This document shows positions 1 to 10,015 of a DNA stretch of 64,000 nucleotides, piece by piece. The DNA lies in contig JBKPDF010000007.1 of NCBI GenBank assembly GCA_046727735.1, positions 61,964 to 125,963 on the forward strand, given 5' to 3'. A program made the position numbers and the translations under genes. Below the pieces are notes generated by a model. It did not search any database. It saw only the letters and a list, made by a program, of their open reading frames with translations, and was not told where the DNA came from. Position 1 is the stretch's first letter; each line of letters opens with the position of its first letter. The DNA is from Pseudomonadota bacterium (GTDB taxonomy: Bacteria; Pseudomonadota; Alphaproteobacteria; Rhizobiales; Xanthobacteraceae).

Positions 1-465
1 GGGTTGATCGTGGTCGACCTCCCGCCCGAGGAAGACGACGAGCTTTGCATTCCGGCGCTCGGCGCCGGGCTCAATTTCATCCGGCTTGCAACGCCGACAA
101 CGGACGACCGCCGGCTCCCTGCCGTGCTCGCCAACACTTCGGGCTTCGTCTATTACGTCTCGATCACCGGAATCACCGGGGCGGCTGCGCCGGATACCCG
201 GCGCGTGACCGACGCGGTCCGGCGCATCAAGCGTCACACTTCGCTGCCGGTCGCGGTCGGATTCGGGGTCAAAACGGCGAAGCATGCCCGCGCCATCGCG
301 GCGGGGGCGGACGGAGTGGTGGTGGGTTCAGCGCTGGTCGAGGCGATCCGGGCCAGTCTCGATGCGGCCGGCAAAGCCAGTGCGCATACGCTGCCGGCAG
401 TTCGCGATCTCGTCGCCAACTTGGCAGCCGGTGTGCGCGGCGCTCGGCAACAGGCCGCCGAATGA
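1..465 (+). CDS. trpA: tryptophan synthase alpha subunit, C-terminal part (5' end lies outside the window)
   Basis: The frame is open from base 1 to TGA at 463-465. The translation ([34 protein letters not shown]) matches conserved TrpA C-terminal motifs. It is followed by accD and folC, as in many bacteria. Confidence 0.9.
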   Translation, partial: GLIVVDLPPEEDDELCIPALGAGLNFIRLATPTTDDRRLPAVLANTSGFVYYVSITGITGAAAPDTRRVTDAVRRIKRHTSLPVAVGFGVKTAKHARAIAAGADGVVVGSALVEAIRASLDAAGKASAHTLPAVRDLVANLAAGVRGARQQAAE

Positions 466-651
466 GATCGAGCAAATGAAAAAAACGAACCGTTCCGTCA
501 TGATCGCCGCACCTCGCCCGGCAAGCGATTCGGGCACGCGGAATACGGCAGCAGCTGAATGGGCGCGCGATTGGCCTGCTGTTGCTCCTGGCACGGCCGG
601 TCGCGCTCACAGTCCGTCGCATCGCAGGACAGTTCGCGCGGATCCGAAGCG

Positions 652-1551
652 ATGAACTGGATCTCCAACGTCGTCCGTCCGAAGATTCGCAGCTTCTTGC
701 GCCGCGAAGTTCCGGAGAATTTGTGGGTCAAATGTCCGGAAACCGGACAGCTCGTGTTCTACAAGGATCTCGAAGCCAACCAGTTCGTGATCCCGACGTC
801 GAACTATCACATGCGCATGAGCGCGCTCGTGCGGCTGCGGACCCTGTTCGACGACGGCGAGTTCGAGGAAATTCCGGTTCCGGAGGTCGCTCCCGATCCG
901 CTGAAATTCCGCGACGAACGCCGCTATGCCGACCGGCTCAAGGACGCCCGCAACAAGACCGGGCTCGAGGACGCGCTCAAGCTCGGGTTCGGGCGGCTCG
1001 AGGACCTGCCGGTGACCGCCGGCGTCCAGGATTTCGATTTTCTCGGAGGATCGCTCGGCATGGCGGCAGGCGAGGCGGTGATCACCGGGCTCGAAACCGC
1101 CGTGAAGCGCGCAACGCCGTTCATCCTGTTCGCGGCCTCCGGCGGCGCCCGCATGCAGGAGGGCATTCTGTCGCTGATGCAGCTGCCGCGCACGACCGTC
1201 GCCGTCCAGGAATTGCGGCAAGCACGTAAACCCTACATCGTCGTGCTCACCAATCCCACGACCGGCGGCGTCACCGCGTCCTATGCCATGCTCGGCGACG
1301 TGCACATCGCAGAACCGGGAGCGCTGATCGGCTTTGCCGGCCCGCGGGTGATCGAGCAGACGATTCGCGAGAAGCTGCCCGACGGGTTCCAGCGCGCCGA
1401 ATACCTCAAGGACCACGGCATGGTCGATCTCGTGGTGCATCGTCATCGATTGCGGCCGACGCTGGCCCGGCTGTGCCGCGTACTGACCAAGGCGCCTGCA
1501 ACGGACGATGCCGCGGCACCGGCTGCCGTGGCTGCCCCGGCCTCTGCGTGA
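652..1551 (+). CDS. accD: acetyl-CoA carboxylase carboxyltransferase beta subunit
   Basis: ATG at 652 gives [12 protein letters not shown]. Carboxyltransferase motifs [10 protein letters not shown] and SGGARMQEG are present. The upstream part of the tracked ORF (559-651) has no homology-like character. Confidence 0.93.
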   Translation: MNWISNVVRPKIRSFLRREVPENLWVKCPETGQLVFYKDLEANQFVIPTSNYHMRMSALVRLRTLFDDGEFEEIPVPEVAPDPLKFRDERRYADRLKDARNKTGLEDALKLGFGRLEDLPVTAGVQDFDFLGGSLGMAAGEAVITGLETAVKRATPFILFAASGGARMQEGILSLMQLPRTTVAVQELRQARKPYIVVLTNPTTGGVTASYAMLGDVHIAEPGALIGFAGPRVIEQTIREKLPDGFQRAEYLKDHGMVDLVVHRHRLRPTLARLCRVLTKAPATDDAAAPAAVAAPASA

Positions 1552-2894
1552 GCGCGCGCGCCGAGCGCGACCATTCTTCGACCCCGGTCGACGCCATCGT
1601 CGCCCGGCTGCTCTCGCTGCACCCGAAGCGGATCGATCTTTCGCTCGATCGCATGCTGCGGCTGTTGGCGCGCCTCGGTCATCCGGAGCGACGACTGCCG
1701 CCGGTCATTCACGTCGCCGGCACCAATGGCAAGGGCTCGACCATCGCGTTCCTGCGCGCGATGCTGGAGGCCATTGGGCGCAGCGTGCATGTCTACACCT
1801 CGCCCAATCTGGTGCGCGTCAACGAGCGGTTCCGGCTCGGTCGCCCGGACGGCGGCGTGCTGGTCTCCGACGCGGAGCTAGCGGAAGTGCTCGCCGCCTG
1901 CGAGCGCGCCAATGCCGGGGCGCCGATCACGGTGTTCGAGATCACCACGGCCGCCGGGCTGGTGTTGTTCGCCCGGCATCCGGCGGATATGCTGTTGTTG
2001 GAAGTCGGGCTGGGCGGCCGGCTCGACGCGACCAACGTCGTCGAGCGTCCGACCGCGACCGTGATCACCTCGGTGTCGCTCGATCACGTGGAATATCTCG
2101 GCGACAGCATCGTGAAGATCGCGGCCGAGAAGGCCGGGATTCTCAAGCCGGGGGTGGCCGCGGTGATCGCGCCGCAAACCGATGAGGCGCGCGGCGTCAT
2201 CGAGCGCCAAGCGGCGCGGCTCGGCGCGCCGTTGATGGCGGCGGGCGAGCATTGGCTGGTATCGCAGGAGCACGGCCGACTGGTGTACCAGGACGAGCAC
2301 GGACTGCTCGATCTGCCCCGGCCCCGGCTGTTCGGCCGCCATCAGCTCGACAACGCCGGTGCGGCGATCGCGGCGCTGCGCAGCCTTGCCGATCCGGCGA
2401 TCGTCGCTGCCGCCTTCGAGGCCGGTTTGCTCAAGGTCGATTGGCCGGCACGGCTGCAGCGGCTCACCGCCGGTCGGCTGCTGCCGCTGATCGCCGAAGG
2501 CGGCGAGCTCTGGCTCGACGGCGCGCACAATCCGGAGGGTGGCCGCGCCGTCGCCGCCGCAATTGCCGACATGGAGGAGCGAGTCCCGCGGCCTCTGGTG
2601 CTGGTCGTCGGCATGCTTGCCACGAAGGATCTGGAAGGTTTTCTGCGCAATTTCACCGGCCTCGCCCGGCGGCTCGTTGCGGTGGCGATCCATCAGGAAA
2701 AGGTCCTGCCGCCCGAGGCGATCGCGAACGCGGCGCGGCGGATCGGGATTCCGGCCGACATCGGCGACGGGATCGAGCCGGCGCTCGGCTCGATCGCGCG
2801 GCTCGATCTCGAAGCGAGCCCGCGCATCCTGATCACCGGCTCGCTCTATCTTGCCGGCGAAGCCTTGGCGCTGAACGGCACTTTGCCGACCTGA
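1548..2894 (+). CDS. folC: bifunctional dihydrofolate synthase / folylpolyglutamate synthase
   Basis: Mur-ligase P-loop [11 protein letters not shown] is present and the fold extends to [14 protein letters not shown] at 1548 overlaps the accD stop (GTGA), suggesting translational coupling. The exact start is moderately uncertain. Confidence 0.88.
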   Translation: MSARAERDHSSTPVDAIVARLLSLHPKRIDLSLDRMLRLLARLGHPERRLPPVIHVAGTNGKGSTIAFLRAMLEAIGRSVHVYTSPNLVRVNERFRLGRPDGGVLVSDAELAEVLAACERANAGAPITVFEITTAAGLVLFARHPADMLLLEVGLGGRLDATNVVERPTATVITSVSLDHVEYLGDSIVKIAAEKAGILKPGVAAVIAPQTDEARGVIERQAARLGAPLMAAGEHWLVSQEHGRLVYQDEHGLLDLPRPRLFGRHQLDNAGAAIAALRSLADPAIVAAAFEAGLLKVDWPARLQRLTAGRLLPLIAEGGELWLDGAHNPEGGRAVAAAIADMEERVPRPLVLVVGMLATKDLEGFLRNFTGLARRLVAVAIHQEKVLPPEAIANAARRIGIPADIGDGIEPALGSIARLDLEASPRILITGSLYLAGEALALNGTLPT

Positions 2895-2998
2895 GCGGGA
2901 CAATCCCGATCGAGGGCGTGGATGTCCTCGTCCGATGCGGCAAGCCGTCGCGGATTGCGCCGCCACGGAGTTTCATCCAGGCTGCCGCGCGTCTCCAA

Positions 2999-4165
2999 TC
3001 AATCCATGTATTGCGCCGGCTTGGTCTCGGGCATCGCGAACCAGAGCAGCAAGGTCCCGGCAATCGCCACGCCGGCGAGGCTGGAGAATCCGGCCCAGTG
3101 GCCAAAAATCTGGAACAGGAACCCGGTCGCGCCGGTGCTGATCGAGGCGGCAATGGCGAGCAGCGTGCCCACCACGCCGCGCGCGAGGTTGAAACGACCC
3201 GTTGCGGTCGTGATGTCGGTGATCACCAGAATCGTGAGGACGGTCACGGTCGCGCCGCTGATGCCGTCGAGCAATTGTCCGAGGACGAGCATCGGATAAT
3301 CGCTGAAGAACGCGAACAACAGCGCGCGCGGGAGTTCGAGGGCGAAGCCGAGGATGAGCAGCGGTTTGCGCCCGAACCGCTCCGAATAATAGCCGACCCA
3401 TGGCGACAGCAGCGACACGACGACCTGCGGTGCGACGACCAGCCCTGCCATCATCAGCGAGGGGTTTGCGGCTTTGCTCTGCGCGAGATTCTCCCCGACG
3501 ATCGGCAACATCGAAGCATCGGCCAACTGGAACAGGAAGACGCAAGCCGCGAAGATGTAGAGCTTGCGGTTCTTGGTGAACTCGAGGATTCCCTGGAAGC
3601 TCTTGGCCTGCTCGCCGCTGCCGGCATTGCGCGCCCGCGCATAATCGATCTCATCGCCGCGAATCCGGCTGAGCGCGAACAGCGCCGGGATGCACAGCGC
3701 AGCGGAGGCGAGAAAAATGGCGCTCTTGCGAAAATAGTCGCCGACAAGCCCCATCGCGCCGGCGGTGAGCGCGTTGCCGGCGGCGTCGAAGCGGTAATTC
3801 CGCCCGGTCCGCGCCGACATCGCCCGGCGGCCGACCAGGCCGAGGCTGATCGCGGCGATCGCCGGGGGCACGATTCCGGCCGTGAGCCCGTGTAGGATTT
3901 CGGCCAGGAACACCAGCGGGAACGTCGGCACCAGCGCGAGGATGAGCGCGGAAGCTCCAATCATGAGGATGCCGGCCGCGGCGAGCGCACGCTTCCAGCG
4001 GAACGCATCGGTGAAGGCGCCGCCGGGAATCTGCCCGACCACGCCGGCGAGCGTGCCGGTCGTCAGCGCGAGCCCGACCTGCGCTTTCGACCAGCCGAGG
4101 TCGGCGAGATAGAACGCCACGAACGAACCGAACCCGGTCTGTACGTCGGCAAGGAAGAAATTCAT
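2999..4165 (-). CDS. MFS transporter
   Basis: About 12 hydrophobic helices with an MFS-like loop (GRFGRKPLL). The ATG at 4165 gives MNFFLADVQTGFG. Homologues as I recall them start somewhat upstream of the GLDW motif, but the only in-frame starts upstream are ATGs at 4345 and 4399, which add an Arg-rich tail. The 5' end is therefore uncertain. Confidence 0.8.
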   Translation of the reverse strand: MNFFLADVQTGFGSFVAFYLADLGWSKAQVGLALTTGTLAGVVGQIPGGAFTDAFRWKRALAAAGILMIGASALILALVPTFPLVFLAEILHGLTAGIVPPAIAAISLGLVGRRAMSARTGRNYRFDAAGNALTAGAMGLVGDYFRKSAIFLASAALCIPALFALSRIRGDEIDYARARNAGSGEQAKSFQGILEFTKNRKLYIFAACVFLFQLADASMLPIVGENLAQSKAANPSLMMAGLVVAPQVVVSLLSPWVGYYSERFGRKPLLILGFALELPRALLFAFFSDYPMLVLGQLLDGISGATVTVLTILVITDITTATGRFNLARGVVGTLLAIAASISTGATGFLFQIFGHWAGFSSLAGVAIAGTLLLWFAMPETKPAQYMD

Positions 4166-4412
4166 CCAATCGAGGCCGTGCCGACTCTGACGGGAAGTGG
4201 GCGCATATTGTGAGCGGCGCGCCCCGCGGTAACCGGCGAGCGTGCGACGCAGCCGCCGCGGTGATCGCGTGCGGACTTGCGACCACAGCCACCGCCGCGT
4301 TCCTTTCACGGCGGACCGCAGGCGGCGGAGCGAGAGGGCGGCCATTGACTTACAAGCGCCGACCGGCCGAGAGGTTGCGATCCCGACACGCCGCGCCAAA
4401 AGAGCGAACCGC

Positions 4413-4859
4413 TTACTCCACTTCGTTTCGTGCCGCTCTGGCCGGTTGCGCCGAGACGATGCGGCAGGCGCCGCCTTGAAGATCGCGCGCGAAACGCACG
4501 AACTCGATTCCGTCGACCAGACTTTGGCCCGGCTCGAACACCCGTCGGATCGCGGTCCTGTGCGCGTCCAAAAGCTTGCCCGCCCGATCGAGGAGCTCGC
4601 AGGCGATGACGACGTTGCTCACGGAATAATCGTTGCCGTTGGTCAGCGTGAGCTCGCCGACCAGGAGCCCGCCGGCATGCTGCCATCTCGGTTCGCCGAG
4701 CGACAGGTTTCCGACCGGCCGCGCGATGGCGAGGGTCGGATGGTCCGCGCGCGCATCCGGTGATCGCGGCGATCGGTGTGCGATTAGGTCGGTCGTGGCC
4801 GTGAGCGCCGCAATCGCGCCGCCCAGGATAAGAAGGAGCGCAAGAGTCGATGCACGCAT
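4413..4859 (-). CDS. hypothetical membrane-anchored/exported protein
   Basis: ATG at 4859 gives MRASTLALLLILGGAIAALTA, a signal-anchor-like N-terminus. It lies 100 nt downstream of the RND pump gene on the same strand. I recognise no family. Confidence 0.5.
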   Translation of the reverse strand: MRASTLALLLILGGAIAALTATTDLIAHRSPRSPDARADHPTLAIARPVGNLSLGEPRWQHAGGLLVGELTLTNGNDYSVSNVVIACELLDRAGKLLDAHRTAIRRVFEPGQSLVDGIEFVRFARDLQGGACRIVSAQPARAARNEVE

Positions 4860-4959
4860 TGCGTCCTCCACGATCGTGTCGCGCCGAGGCTCGACTGTTC
4901 GGATTTCGTTTCGTGTCCCTCGGCTCGAAAACTCCTTTGAGACCGGCGGGTTCGCCGAT

Positions 4960-7900
4960 TCATTCCGCGGCGATCCGCATGGGGTCCATGCGGGTTGCGA
5001 AGGCGCGCGCGGAGTCGGCATCCCACGTCGGCGCCTGCTCGGTTTCTTTCACCCGGAACCACAGCGCATAGAGCGCCGGCACGACCAGCAGGGTCAGCGC
5101 GGTCGCGACGAACAGCCCTCCCATGATCGTGATCGCCATCGGGCCCCAGAACATGCTGCGCGCCAGCGGGACCATGCCGAGGATCGCCGCGAGCGCGGTG
5201 AGCACCACCGGCCGCGCGCGGCGCACCGTCGCGTCCACGATCGCGCGATGGCGGCCGTGGCCTTCGGCGATGTCGTGGTCGATCTGATCGACCAGAATGA
5301 TGGTGTTGCGCATGATCATGCCGGCGAGCGCGATCAAGCCGAGCAGTGCCACGAATCCGAACGGCCGGTCGGTGACGAGCAGCGCGCCGGTCGCGCCGAT
5401 CAGGCCGAGCGGCGCGGTGAGGACCACCAGCACGAGCCGGGAGAAGCTCTGCAGCTGCACCATCAACAGGGCCAGCATGACGACGATCATGACCGGAAAC
5501 ACGGCAATGAGCGCGCCGTTGGCCTTCGAGCTTTCCTCGATCGCGCCGCCGGTCTCGATGCGGTAGCCGTCCGGCAGCGCGTCCTTGATCGCCTGCAGCT
5601 TCGGGAGGATCTCGTTGGTGACGTCGGGGGCCTGCACGCCGTCGACTATGTCGCCGCGCACGGTCAGCACGATGTCCCGGTTGCGCCGCCACAGGATCGG
5701 CTCCTCGTACTCGTAATGCAGGCGTGCGATCTGCGAGAGCGGAACCGCGATGCCGTCGCGCGTCGCGATCGTGAGCGTCGGCAAATGCCCGAGCGCGAGG
5801 CGCTCCGCGGGGATCGCGCGGGCGACGACGTCGATGTGCTCGATGCCTTCGCGATGTTGGGTCACCGTATAACCCGAGAGCAGCGTCTGCAGGGTTTGCG
5901 CGACATCCTGCGGGGTCAAGCCCATCGCGCGGGCGCGGTCCTGATCGACCTCGAGTCGGATCGACTTCTGCTGCTCGGTCCAATTGAGGTGCGGATCGAT
6001 CACCTTGGGGTCGGCGGCCATCACGGCGCGGACCTGCTCGGCAATGGCGCGCACGCGCAACGGCTCGCGGCCGACCACGCGGAACTGCACCGGAAAGCCG
6101 ACCGGCGGCCCGAAGATGAAGCGATCGGTGCGGGCGCGCGCCTGCGGCAGCGCGCCTTCGGCGATCGCGCGGTCGAGCCGCGCCTTGACGCGTTCGCGCG
6201 CTTCGAGATCCTTCGTCACCATGACGATTTGCGCGAAGTTGGGATTGGGCAGCACCGGGTTGAGCCCGAGCCAGAACCGCGGCGATCCCTGGCCGACATA
6301 GGTGGTGGCATACACCACGTCGGGATCGTCGCCGATCAGGCGCTCGGCCTCGTGTGCGGTCGCATCGGTGACGCCGATCGCGGTGCCTTCCGGCAACCGC
6401 ATTTCGAGGAAGAGCTCGCTTCGGGTCGAGGTCGGAAAGAATTGCTGCTGCACGATGCCGAAGCCCGCGGCCGAGGCCGCGAACAGCCCGGCCGTGACGG
6501 CGACGACCCTGCCGCGCCGGCGCAGGGAAGCTTCGATCACGCGCCGCAACGCGCGATAGATCCGCGTGTCGTAGATCGCTTGCGGGTCGGCGTGCGCGCC
6601 GCGTTTCTTGGCAAAGTCCGGCAGCAGCTTCAGGCCCAGATAAGGCGTGAACAGCACCGCCACGAACCAGGATGCGATCAGCGCGAGGCCGACGATCCAG
6701 AAGATGCCGCCCGCGTATTCGCCGGCGCTCGATTTGGCGAAGCCGACCGGCAGGAAGCCCGCGGCGGTCACCAGCGTGCCGGTCAGCATCGGGAACGCGG
6801 TCGAGGTCCACGCGAAGGTCGCGGCGCGGGCGCGGTCGAAGCCCTGCTCCATCTTCACCACCATCATCTCGACCGCGATGATGGCGTCGTCGACCAGGAG
6901 GCCCAGCGCGATGATGAGCGCGCCGAGTGTGATCCGGTGCAGATCGAGGCCGGCCGTGTACATCACCACGAACACGATCGCCAGCACGAGCGGCACCGAA
7001 AGCGCGACCACGATGCCGGTGCGCCAGCCGAGCGAGAGGAAGCTAACCAGCAGCACGATGCCGAGCGCCTCGAGGAACGATTCCACGAACTCGGCGATCG
7101 AGTGCTCGACGATCGTGGGCTGATCGGCGATCTGCGTCACCTCGATCCCGACCGGCAGCGTCGCGGTGATGGCGGCCATCGCCGATTTGAGGTTCTCGCC
7201 GAGCTTGGTGATGTTGGCGCCCTCCTGCATGGAGACGCCGAGCCCGATCGCGGGCTTGCCGCGCTCACGCACGAGAAAGCTCGGCGGATCCTCGTAGCCG
7301 CGGGTCACGGTCGCAATGTCTCCGAGCCGGAAAATCCTGCCGCCGGCTTCGACCGGCACCGCGGCAATCGCCGCGGTCCCCGAGAAACCGCCGGTCACCC
7401 GCAGGTTGATGCGATCGGCGGCGGTCTCGATCGAGCCGCCGGATACGACCGCGTTCTGCCGCGCGACGCTGTCGAAGATCTGCTGCGGCGTCACTCCGAG
7501 CGTCGCCAGCTTGGCATGGCTGAACTCGATGAAGATCTTCTGCGGGCGCTCGCCGATGATGTCGACCTTGTTGACATCCCGGACCCGCAGCAGCTGCTGA
7601 CGCACGTCCTCGGCGCGGGCCTTGAGCTGCGCGGGCGAAAGCCCGTCGGCACGGAGCATGTAGATCGCCGAATAGACGTCGCCATATTCGTCGTTGAAGC
7701 GCGGGCCGATGACGCCGGCCGGCAGCTCGCCGCGGATGTCGCCGACTTTCTTGCGGACCTGATACCAGAGGTCCTTCACCTTGGCGGGCGGCGTCTGGTC
7801 GGAAAGGATGACCTGGATGAACGCGATGCCCGGCTGCGCGTAGCTCTCGACGCGGTCGAGATACGGCAGCTCCTGGAGCTTTTTCTCGATCTTGTCGGCA

Positions 7901-8097
7901 ACCTGTTCCTGCATTTCGGGCGCGGTCGCGCCCGGCCAGGCCACGTTCACGATCATCACCTTGATGGTGAAGGAGGGATCCTCGCCGCGGCCGAGCTTGA
8001 AATAGGAGAACAGGCCCGAAGCGCCGAGCACGAGAATCATGAACAGCACGAGCGCGCGGTGCGTGATCGCCCATTCGGAGAGATTGAAGCGATGCAT
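4960..8097 (-). CDS. RND efflux transporter, inner-membrane permease (AcrB/AcrD/AcrF family)
   Basis: About 1045 aa with the typical N-terminus MHRFNLSEWAITHRALVLFMI and 12-TM RND architecture. ATG at 8097 is preceded by a GGGAGG Shine-Dalgarno, 20 nt after the membrane-fusion gene stop. Confidence 0.93.
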   Translation of the reverse strand: MHRFNLSEWAITHRALVLFMILVLGASGLFSYFKLGRGEDPSFTIKVMIVNVAWPGATAPEMQEQVADKIEKKLQELPYLDRVESYAQPGIAFIQVILSDQTPPAKVKDLWYQVRKKVGDIRGELPAGVIGPRFNDEYGDVYSAIYMLRADGLSPAQLKARAEDVRQQLLRVRDVNKVDIIGERPQKIFIEFSHAKLATLGVTPQQIFDSVARQNAVVSGGSIETAADRINLRVTGGFSGTAAIAAVPVEAGGRIFRLGDIATVTRGYEDPPSFLVRERGKPAIGLGVSMQEGANITKLGENLKSAMAAITATLPVGIEVTQIADQPTIVEHSIAEFVESFLEALGIVLLVSFLSLGWRTGIVVALSVPLVLAIVFVVMYTAGLDLHRITLGALIIALGLLVDDAIIAVEMMVVKMEQGFDRARAATFAWTSTAFPMLTGTLVTAAGFLPVGFAKSSAGEYAGGIFWIVGLALIASWFVAVLFTPYLGLKLLPDFAKKRGAHADPQAIYDTRIYRALRRVIEASLRRRGRVVAVTAGLFAASAAGFGIVQQQFFPTSTRSELFLEMRLPEGTAIGVTDATAHEAERLIGDDPDVVYATTYVGQGSPRFWLGLNPVLPNPNFAQIVMVTKDLEARERVKARLDRAIAEGALPQARARTDRFIFGPPVGFPVQFRVVGREPLRVRAIAEQVRAVMAADPKVIDPHLNWTEQQKSIRLEVDQDRARAMGLTPQDVAQTLQTLLSGYTVTQHREGIEHIDVVARAIPAERLALGHLPTLTIATRDGIAVPLSQIARLHYEYEEPILWRRNRDIVLTVRGDIVDGVQAPDVTNEILPKLQAIKDALPDGYRIETGGAIEESSKANGALIAVFPVMIVVMLALLMVQLQSFSRLVLVVLTAPLGLIGATGALLVTDRPFGFVALLGLIALAGMIMRNTIILVDQIDHDIAEGHGRHRAIVDATVRRARPVVLTALAAILGMVPLARSMFWGPMAITIMGGLFVATALTLLVVPALYALWFRVKETEQAPTWDADSARAFATRMDPMRIAAE

Positions 8098-8116
8098 GGC
8101 TTGCCTCCCTGCCGTG

Positions 8117-9235
8117 TCAGCGGGCATCCACGGTGCGAACTTTCAGGCCGCCGCGAAGCTTCTGCACGCCGAGCGTGACGACCATTTCGCCTTCGCGCAG
8201 GCCCGCAGCGACCAGCGCGGAATCTTCGGTGAAAGCCGCGACCTTGACGTCGCGCAGTTCGAGGGCGCCGGAGGGATCGACGACGTAGACAGCGGGGCCG
8301 GTGCCGCGGTTGAGCACGGCGGCAAGCGGCAGCTTGACGATCTTCGCCTGCGAGCCGCGCTCGAGCCGCACCGTCGCGGTCATGCCGAGCGCCACGGCGT
8401 CGTCGGCGCGCTCGATCGTGAAGCGTCCGGCATAGGTGCGGGTCATTGCGTCGGCCTGCGGCGAAAGCTCGCGCAAATGCGCCGAGAAGCGCCGGTCCGG
8501 GTCCGACCACAGCCGGACGCTCGCCTGCGCACCACGCGCCTCGCCTAGAAAGCTCTCGGGCAGCGCAACGACCGCCTCCTTCTCGCCGTCGCGCGCAAGC
8601 CGCACCACCGGCTGGCCGATCGCGACGACCTGCCCGGCTTCGGCGGGCGTCGCCGTGATCACGCCGTCTGCATCGGCCTTGAGCTCGGCGTAGGAGAGCT
8701 GATTGCGCGCGAGCTCGAGCGCACGGCGGGCGCGCTCGAGGCGGCCTTCGGCCTCGTCCTTGGCGGCCTTCTTGCGATCGAACTCGGCGACCGCCGCAAA
8801 GCCGCGGGCTTTCAGCGTTGCATAACGCTCGGCATCGGCCGCGGCCTGGGCGAGGCTCGAAGTCGCGGCGGCGAGCTCGGCCTCGGCGCTTTCGACCTGC
8901 AGCGCGAAGTCCTTGTCATCGAGCCGCGCGACGACGTCGCCCGCATGGACCACGTCGCCGGTGTTGACGGCACGGCTCACGATCTTGCCGGCGACGCGAA
9001 AACCGAGATCGGTCTCGTAGCGCGCCCGCACAACGCCGACGAACTCGCGGCTTGCGCCCTCGCTCGCGAATTGCACGCGCTGCACCTCTACGGGCCGCGC
9101 GGCTGGTTCGGCGGAAGCGGCCGGCCGCGTCGCGGCCGGAGCGTCACAGCCCGCAAGCAGCAGCAGCGCAATGAGCGAGAGCACCGCACCCGAAATCTGC
9201 ACCGCGCCGGAGATTTTCAGCCAGGAGGTCGCCAT
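8117..9235 (-). CDS. RND efflux membrane-fusion (periplasmic adaptor) protein, lipoprotein
   Basis: HlyD/AcrA-like coiled-coil region ([22 protein letters not shown]). Lipobox LLLAGC is near the N-terminus. ATG at 9235 is preceded by GAGGAG. Confidence 0.9.
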   Translation of the reverse strand: MATSWLKISGAVQISGAVLSLIALLLLAGCDAPAATRPAASAEPAARPVEVQRVQFASEGASREFVGVVRARYETDLGFRVAGKIVSRAVNTGDVVHAGDVVARLDDKDFALQVESAEAELAAATSSLAQAAADAERYATLKARGFAAVAEFDRKKAAKDEAEGRLERARRALELARNQLSYAELKADADGVITATPAEAGQVVAIGQPVVRLARDGEKEAVVALPESFLGEARGAQASVRLWSDPDRRFSAHLRELSPQADAMTRTYAGRFTIERADDAVALGMTATVRLERGSQAKIVKLPLAAVLNRGTGPAVYVVDPSGALELRDVKVAAFTEDSALVAAGLREGEMVVTLGVQKLRGGLKVRTVDAR

Positions 9236-9258
9236 GGCGGGCTCCTCTTCACATCCGT

Positions 9259-9272
9259 TCACGCATGCGTGA
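9259..9272. promoter_or_regulatory. perfect 14-bp palindrome TCACGCATGCGTGA in the 5' leader of the efflux operon
   Basis: Read directly. It lies 24 nt upstream of the adaptor gene ATG (9235), between the putative promoter and the Shine-Dalgarno. Confidence 0.35.
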
Positions 9273-9275
9273 GGA

Positions 9276-9299
9276 TTGACGATATTCGACTTTCGTCAC
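9276..9299. promoter_or_regulatory. second copy of the operator TTGACGA-N10-TCGTCAC, upstream of the efflux adaptor gene
   Basis: Same half-sites and the same 10-nt spacing as 9978-10001. It overlaps a possible TTGGCC-N17-GAATAT promoter (minus strand, 9310-9282). Confidence 0.5.
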
Positions 9300-9339
9300 A
9301 ACTCGGCCAAACGGGGGCAACGGCGGGCGCGGCATGAGT

Positions 9340-9963
9340 TCAGCTCCGGGGCGTAATGGCGCGCAGCACGAAACGCACCGACTGGCGGACGGCGGCTTGG
9401 AGATCCTCGTGCTCTTCGAGGCAGTCGGCAATCAGGAGTGGATGCGTGAACGCGATCATGGAGCGCTTGATGAGCTGGGCGGTTTCGCGGGGATCGACAG
9501 GCTCGAATTCCCCGGCCGCCATGCCGTCGCGCAGGATCACCTCGACCATGGTGCGCATCGTCTCGAGGTGCACCGCGATCGCCTGCCAGTTCTGCTCCAT
9601 GGCGACCACCACGACCTCGTGAACCCGTTGTTCTTCCAGCAGATTCTCTTTGTTATACGTAGCGATTGCCACAAAGAGCTTCTCCAGCCGCTCGGCCGCG
9701 GGCGCCTTTTGGCGCACCACCGCCCAGGCTTTCGTCTCGAGCTCGGACAGGCAGCGCTGGCAAATCGCCTCGACGATTGCGTTCTTGGAAGGGAAGAAGC
9801 GGTAGACATTGGCGGGCGACATGCCGAGCTCGGCGGCGATGTCGGCGACGGCCGTCTTGGCATAGCCCAGCCGCCGGAACAGTGCGTCCGCGGTTTCCAT
9901 GATCCGCGCACGGGTGTCATCGAGCTTGAGCTTGGCTTGGGAATTCATGGCAGCCAGCATCAC
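9340..9963 (-). CDS. TetR/AcrR family transcriptional regulator
   Basis: N-terminal helix-turn-helix (ETADALFRRLGYAKTAVADIAAELGMSPANVYRFFPSKNAI). It sits immediately upstream of the efflux genes on the same strand. The start could also be the ATG at 9948. Confidence 0.9.
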   Translation of the reverse strand: MMLAAMNSQAKLKLDDTRARIMETADALFRRLGYAKTAVADIAAELGMSPANVYRFFPSKNAIVEAICQRCLSELETKAWAVVRQKAPAAERLEKLFVAIATYNKENLLEEQRVHEVVVVAMEQNWQAIAVHLETMRTMVEVILRDGMAAGEFEPVDPRETAQLIKRSMIAFTHPLLIADCLEEHEDLQAAVRQSVRFVLRAITPRS

Positions 9964-9977
9964 GGGGTTAGTGAATT

Positions 9978-10001
9978 GTGACGATTTTTATAATTCGTCA
10001 C
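9978..10001. promoter_or_regulatory. inverted-repeat operator candidate GTGACGA-N10-TCGTCAC upstream of the TetR gene
   Basis: Perfect 7-bp arms are read directly from the sequence. The AT-rich spacer contains the -10 element of the putative tetR promoter. Confidence 0.55.
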
Positions 10002-10015
10002 TCCCGCAATGTCAA
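9987..10015 (-). promoter_or_regulatory. sigma70-type promoter candidate for the TetR gene (TTGACA-N17-TATAAA)
   Basis: On the minus strand, TTGACA is at 10015-10010, followed by 17 nt and TATAAA at 9992-9987. This sits about 25 nt upstream of the ATG at 9963. Confidence 0.5.

Noticed and set aside
466-651. An A7 run (476-482) after trpA, considered as a possible minus-strand terminator.
   Set aside because: The adjacent sequence offers only a 4-bp stem, and no gene on the minus strand would use it.
4633-8178. A very long ORF (1181 aa) on the plus strand opposite the RND pump gene. Similar long antisense ORFs include 36096-38219 (minus), 42855-45263 (plus), 46675-48621 (plus), 50469-52625 (plus) and 14490-15632 (plus).
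   Set aside because: Their translations are Arg/Ala/Gly/His-rich and low-complexity, with no recognisable motifs. Each is exactly antisense to a gene with a clear family assignment. Such shadow ORFs are expected in GC-rich DNA because stop codons are rare.
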